Part shown: piece by piece, positions 58,327-64,000 of the stretch | Layout of the letters: every line of letters begins with the position of its first letter | How positions within the stretch are numbered: position 1 is the first letter of the stretch | Source of the DNA: Eledone cirrhosa | Taxonomy: Eukaryota | Reading direction: 5' to 3' | NCBI GenBank assembly: GCA_964016885.1 | Contig: OZ024747.1 | Coordinates: 18,600,001 to 18,664,000 of the forward strand | Length of the DNA: 64,000 bases | Translations under genes and position numbers: made by a program | The notes under the pieces: generated by a model | What the model was told of the DNA's origin: nothing | The model's input: the letters and a program-made list of their open reading frames with translations, nothing else | Database searches by the model: none

Positions 58327-60533
58327 TTAATAGCATGTCTATTTTACAATTCTATTATTATTACTGTTGTTTAAGACCATGTCTGTCTTGAATGAAAACT
58401 CCTATGATCAAAATAATTTCAGACGTGATCATCCTATTTTGTATTCAGACCTAGTGTATTTAAAACTACATTATTCAATGCATTTTCTTTTACAGATGGT
58501 AAGGGTGCAAGGGGGCAAATTGGCAGGGCTGTTAGGGAGTCTCTAGTCTAATTTTCTACAAATATTAAGTCAATGGCCCCAAAATTGCAGCCTACCATCT
58601 TAAAATACGGAAGAAGACATTGATTTATGTTGTCCTGGATGTATAAACTAAATAAAATGATGATCATGGCTACAGTACTGTTGATCAGAGGTCTGTTTGC
58701 CTAGTCAACAGAGTGAGGTGGGATGAAGTGAAGTGAGGTCTTAAATATCAACAACTAGAGGCTAAGAATGGACAACAAGTACATGGTGATAAAGTAAAAA
58801 ACAGAAAGGAAACTGTGGTAGAATATGAACTGTGTAACTAAAAAAAACAAACAAATGTAAATGAATTTAATTAGGTTCAGCTGGGCAACATGAAACAACA
58901 TTGCTGGAAGCTTACCTCGTGCTACTCCCCACCAAATGAAATAAAATAAAAAAGAAATAACTCTAATATTATTATGCTTAATCTGTTGCTTGGTATAATA
59001 CCACCACCTGATCTTTCGGTACAAGCATTTAGGGCAGGTCTCTTTTTTGAGGATGCCTTCCTACCTCCTTCCATCTGTCTTGGAGGCTCAGAAAACGGTC
59101 ATGGTCACTTCCCTCCCTGACTAAACAGTAAAAGAAATGGAGAAATTCCATTCCCCCTTGAGAATTTACAGCTATCAGCTAGTAGATGTCTGATAGAGAT
59201 GGTGGCTAAACTGAAAATATGTGTGTTCTTATCTTGTTCACATCTACATATGGTTGTTGTTTAGACCTAACATCAACCCTGAGCTAGCAGACCTGTGATA
59301 AAAAGCCATGCCAGCTATGGCCACCACATTTTCTTTATGGAGTGTCTATGATTACATTTTTTTTGTGTGTCTTTTATTTAAGGCAGTGAATTAGCAGAGT
59401 TATTGTGTCAAGGCCATGCTAACCTCTCTAACATTAGTCATCTACATGGTAAATGTACCCGGTACACACTGTTAAAGAGTTAGTGATAGGTAGATAGGTA
59501 GGGCATTCAAAAAATAGAAAATTTGTCAAACAAGACTTGACTACCTATCTTGTGGCCATGATAAAATGCACCTTGTACATTTTGTAGAGTGTAGGAATAT
59601 ATGTAAACACGAAGTGGATCTCTAGCTCATCTGAAGGATTAATTGATCTGATTAAATACTGACACAGTCTGAGACGACCTGTCCAACCCTTGCTAGCAGA
59701 AAAAAATGGATGTTTCCATGCTGATGATGATGATAGAGCATAGGACAAGTTCACTTACAGTTTAAATAACACAATCCCTCCACCCTTAAGGGCTTAGGTA
59801 GACCCTACTATGTGGCAAGCATTCAGACCAAATCTCCAGTTTGAAAACACCTTCCTCACTCCCACAATCTCAGAAGCCCTGAAAAGGTTTACAAGCACTA
59901 CCCTTCTTTCTTTGAATAAACTCTGTTACTCTTTTACCTATTCCAGCCACCCGGCTGAGGCCATGCTGGGGCACCGCCCTTTAAAGAGTAAAAATAAAAA
60001 GATTTATGGTAGGATTTGAAGAAGATTTGGCTGTTATTTTTAAAAGGTCAAAATTCCGTGTAGATGGTGTTTTATGGTGCACTATTTAGGCATCAACTAC
60101 AGGCTGGGGAATATCTTATTGATTATCTGCAGGTTGTGTCCTCTTTAACTGATAGGCTTTCTGACATTCTTCATATGTACATACACAGTCACATATATAC
60201 ATGCACATACACATATGTATGCGTGTGTATAAGCATGTGTATGCAGAGCTGTAGCTTTGATATGGCTGTGTGAGGGAGAGGTATCATCTGGACATCAGTT
60301 TGGTGAAAAAGGGGGTTTGTGTGCAACAAGTATCACATATAGATGTATATGTGTAGTGAAATCTGTCCACACCTTGAACCTTGGGTGACACCTAAAAGTC
60401 AAATCCTAGGTCACCATCCTTTTCGGCGTGGACAGAATACCCCTCGTTACACATGTATGTGTATACATGTGCACACACACGCAGCAGGGAAAGCAGGCAT
60501 TAAAACGACAATTATAAATATGTATATATATAT

Positions 60534-60665
60534 GGAGGCACGTGACTTAGTGGTTAGAGCATTGGCCTTGCAATCGAAAGGTTGTGAGTTCAATTCTCAG
60601 ACCGAGTGATGTGTTGTTTCCTTGAGCAAGACACTTTATTTCACATTGTTCCAGTTTACTCAGCT
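60534..60665 (+). mobile_element. tRNA-derived CORE-like SINE
   Basis: GGAGGCACGTGACTTAGTGGTTAGAGC (A box), GAGTTCAATTCTC (B box), CCTTGAGCAAGACACTTTATTTCAC. Confidence 0.75.
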
Positions 60666-60929
60666 AAGATAATATATATTGCTGAGATAATATATATTAC
60701 AACACATTTGCAGATGTTAGAAATAACCCTTTTCTATGCATACATTATGGAATACTTCAATTTAATATTTATCTGATGGTTAACATTGAAAATTAATTAT
60801 CTGTTCCTGAAGAAGAAAAGGAGAAATAACCCTATTACTGTGAAGATAAAAGAAAGGGGCAGCATTTATATGATACAACACCACCATTAATGACAGGAAA
60901 TACTTCTCATTCTGAATCGTAAGATATAT

Positions 60930-61085
60930 ATCATCATCATCATCATCATCGTTTAACGTCCATCTTCCATGCTTGCATGGGTTTGGACGAGCGTTTTCCC
61001 ACTTGAGGCAAGAGTGGTTGTCTTGCTCGCATAGGACTGTCTGGCGGGTTTTCTACAGCTGGATGCCCTTCCTAACACCAACCAC
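60930..61085 (-). mobile_element. SINE/LINE 3' portion with a (GAT)n tail
   Basis: catcatcatc..gtttaacgtccatcttccatgcttgcatggg..ctacagctggatgcccttcctaacacc; homologous to about 16002-16115 and 56225-56330. Confidence 0.65.
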
Positions 61086-61362
61086 ATTTACAGTGTGGGA
61101 CTGGGAGGTTTTTACCGTGTTACCTACACGGCCACATTACAGCGTGGACTGTGTGTTTTTTTGTCGTGACACCTACACGATCTCATTTGTTTCGGCCTGG
61201 ATGCTGTGGTACCAACATAACTTTACATATATATATATATAGGAGGTGAGTTTTATTGTAGCACAATAAAGCAATACAGATATCGGATAAGTAGCACTCT
61301 ACAGTTTGTAGGACTGGAGTATAAATAATATAAGATCAAAAGATGGTTAAAAGAGTTCCATG

Positions 61363-61433
61363 TATTTTATTATGCGCATTTCAAAAACAAATATCATTAT
61401 GCGATGACATTTGTGTTTTCGTCAGATAAAATA
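61363..61433 (-). ncRNA. Type I hammerhead ribozyme motif (4725 family), left arm of fold-back 61241-61650
   Basis: The reverse complement gives TATTTTAT-CTGACGA-...-GAAA-TGCGCA-TA-ATAAAATA. Confidence 0.8.
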
Positions 61434-61541
61434 GGGAGACATGATATGAAGGTTAAAAAACACTTGTGAATAGTGCAGTTGATATGTTGATTTAAAACTG
61501 CACTATTCACAAGTGTTTTTAACCTTCATATCATGTCTCCC

Positions 61542-61612
61542 TATTTTATCTGACGTAAACGCAAATGTCATCGCATGATGATATTTGTTTTTGAAATGCG
61601 CATAATAAAATA
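61542..61612 (+). ncRNA. Hammerhead motif (4725 family) with an A9->U mutation, right arm of the fold-back
   Basis: The core reads CTGACGT; stems are intact. Confidence 0.6.
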
Positions 61613-62177
61613 CATGGTACTCTTTTAACCATTTTTTGATCTTATATTATATATATATATACACAGTGTATATATATATATACACATATATATAAAGATA
61701 TATATATACACATATATATATAAAGATAAAGATGTCCATTACTATCTTAAAATACTAATCTCTGTTAATAGAAATTAATATACAGAGTGTAATATTTAGT
61801 TGGATCTTCATCGTTTTTGGCAATGTGTGTTCCAGTTGTCTAAAATACTGAACAAACACCTAAGTTGCATAATTAACAGGCTGAATATTCCATAGATACA
61901 TACACCTTTAACATAGTTCTCATGACACAGTGTGTGACAAAGCTGGCTCTTTGAATTACTGGCACGGTTAAGTTTTGCCAGCTGAGTAGACTGGAGCAAT
62001 GTCCTGCTGGGAATCGAACTCACGACTATGAATCAAACTATGAATCAAACACCCTAATTACGACTATGAATCAAACACCCTAATTACTAAAACATGTGAG
62101 ATTTAAGCATGAACTAAACAAGCTACACATTTTAAAATATAATTTTTGTAACACATTTGTGTATTTTCATGTATATA

Positions 62178-62490
62178 AGGCATATGGCTTAGTACTTAGA
62201 GCGTTGGGCTTGCAATCGTGAAGTTGTGAATTTGATTATTAGACCGGGTGTTGCGTTGTCTCCTTGAGCAAGACACTTTATTTCCCATTGCTCCAGTTCA
62301 CTCACCTGTAGAAATGAGTTGCGACATCACTGGTGCCAAGCTGTATTGGCCATTGCCTTTCCCTTTGCCAACATCGGTGACATGGAGAGGGGAGACTGGT
62401 ATGTTTGGGTGACTGCTGGTCTTCCACAAACAACCTTGCCCAGAATTGTACTTCGGAGAACTTTCTAGATGCAAATCCCAAGGTTATTTG
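62178..62490 (+). mobile_element. CORE-like SINE, near full length
   Basis: tRNA head, CCTTGAGCAAGACACTTTATTTC, and an extended 3' body. Confidence 0.7.
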
Positions 62491-62645
62491 TGATATAAGT
62501 TTATATATAGGTATATATAGGTATTCATATGCATGTGTATCTATGTGTCTATTGATTATTTATTAAGATTTGTATAGTGCTAGTTGTATATTTTCATATA
62601 CATTTCAATAGGGTAAATATAATATTTTCCTTTCCCATTTTTCAG

Positions 62646-62764
62646 GTTATTAGTTGGTGCTCCAAAAGCTCAAACATCACAAAACAATATACTGGAAGCA
62701 GGAGCTGTGTTTCGGTGTCGAACTGATCGTCTAGAATGTAACAGACTACCCTTTGATACAGAAG
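62646..62764 (+). CDS. Internal coding exon (probably exon 2) of an integrin alpha subunit, PS2/alphaV/alpha5/alpha8-like, first FG-GAP repeat
   Basis: Polypyrimidine acceptor ttttcctttcccatttttcag|G and donor AG|gtaaat; 119 bp, phase 2/1. It translates as xLLVGAPKAQTSQNNILEAGAVFRCRTDRLECNRLPFDTEG, matching the integrin pattern LLVGAPKANTSQPG..EGGAV..C....C..I.FD..G. Confidence 0.92.
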
Positions 62765-62772
62765 GTAAATTG

Positions 62773-62804
<32 letters not shown>

Positions 62805-64000
62805 TTATATATACATGCATGTGTTTATATTTATTCAGTACTCCTTACAAATGTTTAAATTTACCAAATTTTTTGTGTTTACATATCTTGAATTTCAGTG
62901 CAGGAATAAACTCATAACCTCCCTATTACGTGTTTAACACCCTAACAATTAAACCCCATGCCTTCTCCCCTACATATATACACACAGACACATGTATACA
63001 TTTTTTGTGGACACCTTGTATACATATGGGTGTGCCTGTGCCTATGTCTGTATTTGTGTAGACTCTACTTAACAACCACTGTTGTTGGGTTATATCCAAT
63101 ATGTTAAAGGTTTCACACAGACATCTATGAAATAAGTAGCCAATTTCAAAATAAGTACTGGGGTCAGTATGATATACTAAAACTCGTTAGGGTGGGGTGC
63201 AAGTATGGACCCATTCCAGAGAATGAGACAAATTAAAAAAATGAAAAAAAAAGGGGATGAGATTTACAGCTCCTACCTTTTCAGGTTTAGCTGGCTTTCT
63301 ATGAGATTTCCTATAGGTTTCTCAGGTATTTTAATGTTTGGAACCCTAGTCCTAACATGAAAAACATAGTGAAGTGAAACATCTTGCTCAAGAACGAAAC
63401 TCATTGCCTGCTTCAGGAATCAAACCTGCAACTTATAACCATGAGGATTCCAATGCCCTAACCACAAGGCCATAGGAAAACAAGGGAGCAAAAGACTAAA
63501 AAATGTTGAGGCATATCTTCCAAGATGAAAGCAACTGAGTTGTTTTGTTTTATTTTATTTTTCGAAACTTCACGGCACAAAATTTTGTGATGAAATTCAC
63601 AGAAAACCCTAATGATTTTACTAAAATATTATTAATGGTGCATTTAGGCTCTATTTATATTGTAAACATGGCTGGGAATGCTAAGAATTTCTTTCAAACC
63701 AAGGCATGCATATCTACATATGTACGTATCTACATATATACATCCATACATCAACACTCATGCATGTATACACACACACACACACACACAAACATATATA
63801 TAATATATATATGTATATATATACATATCATAATCCTCTTATAACATCCATTTCCCTTATGTTGGACAACATATGTAAATGTACACTCACAAACATGCAT
63901 ACATACACATGCTCACATAAACATATTCAGATAAAAACAAACACTTATATTCAGATATATATATATGCACACAAACATACACATATAAACACCTTCACAA

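Noticed and set aside
62707-62937. ORF-track call starting at 62707
   Set aside because: It covers only half of the real exon and reads through the donor into intronic (TA)n; replaced by exon 62646-62764.

Overview
Eukaryotic, AT-rich, repeat-saturated non-coding DNA. The SINE families and the microsatellite load look cephalopod (Octopus-like); this is an inference. Only one host exon is convincing: 62646-62764 (+), encoding the first FG-GAP repeat of an integrin alpha subunit. Almost all ORFs in the supplied track are (TA)n/(CA)n/(GGT)n artefacts. The rest of the window is transposon debris: more than 20 tRNA-derived Meta-domain SINEs, CORE-like SINEs, an internally deleted mariner, two non-autonomous Helitrons, nested TTAA MITEs, 3' ends of R4/Dong and CRE retrotransposons, and a probable Penelope-like (PLE) C-terminal fragment. 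The most striking hidden structure is about 15 type-I hammerhead ribozyme motifs from about 10 unrelated sequence families, folded by eye. Two carry the compensatory U3:A8 core variant and many have a palindromic minimal stem III. They sit in short fold-back cassettes embedded in (TA)n tracts, consistent with a diverse, microsatellite-targeting, ribozyme-bearing PLE/retrozyme-like system.
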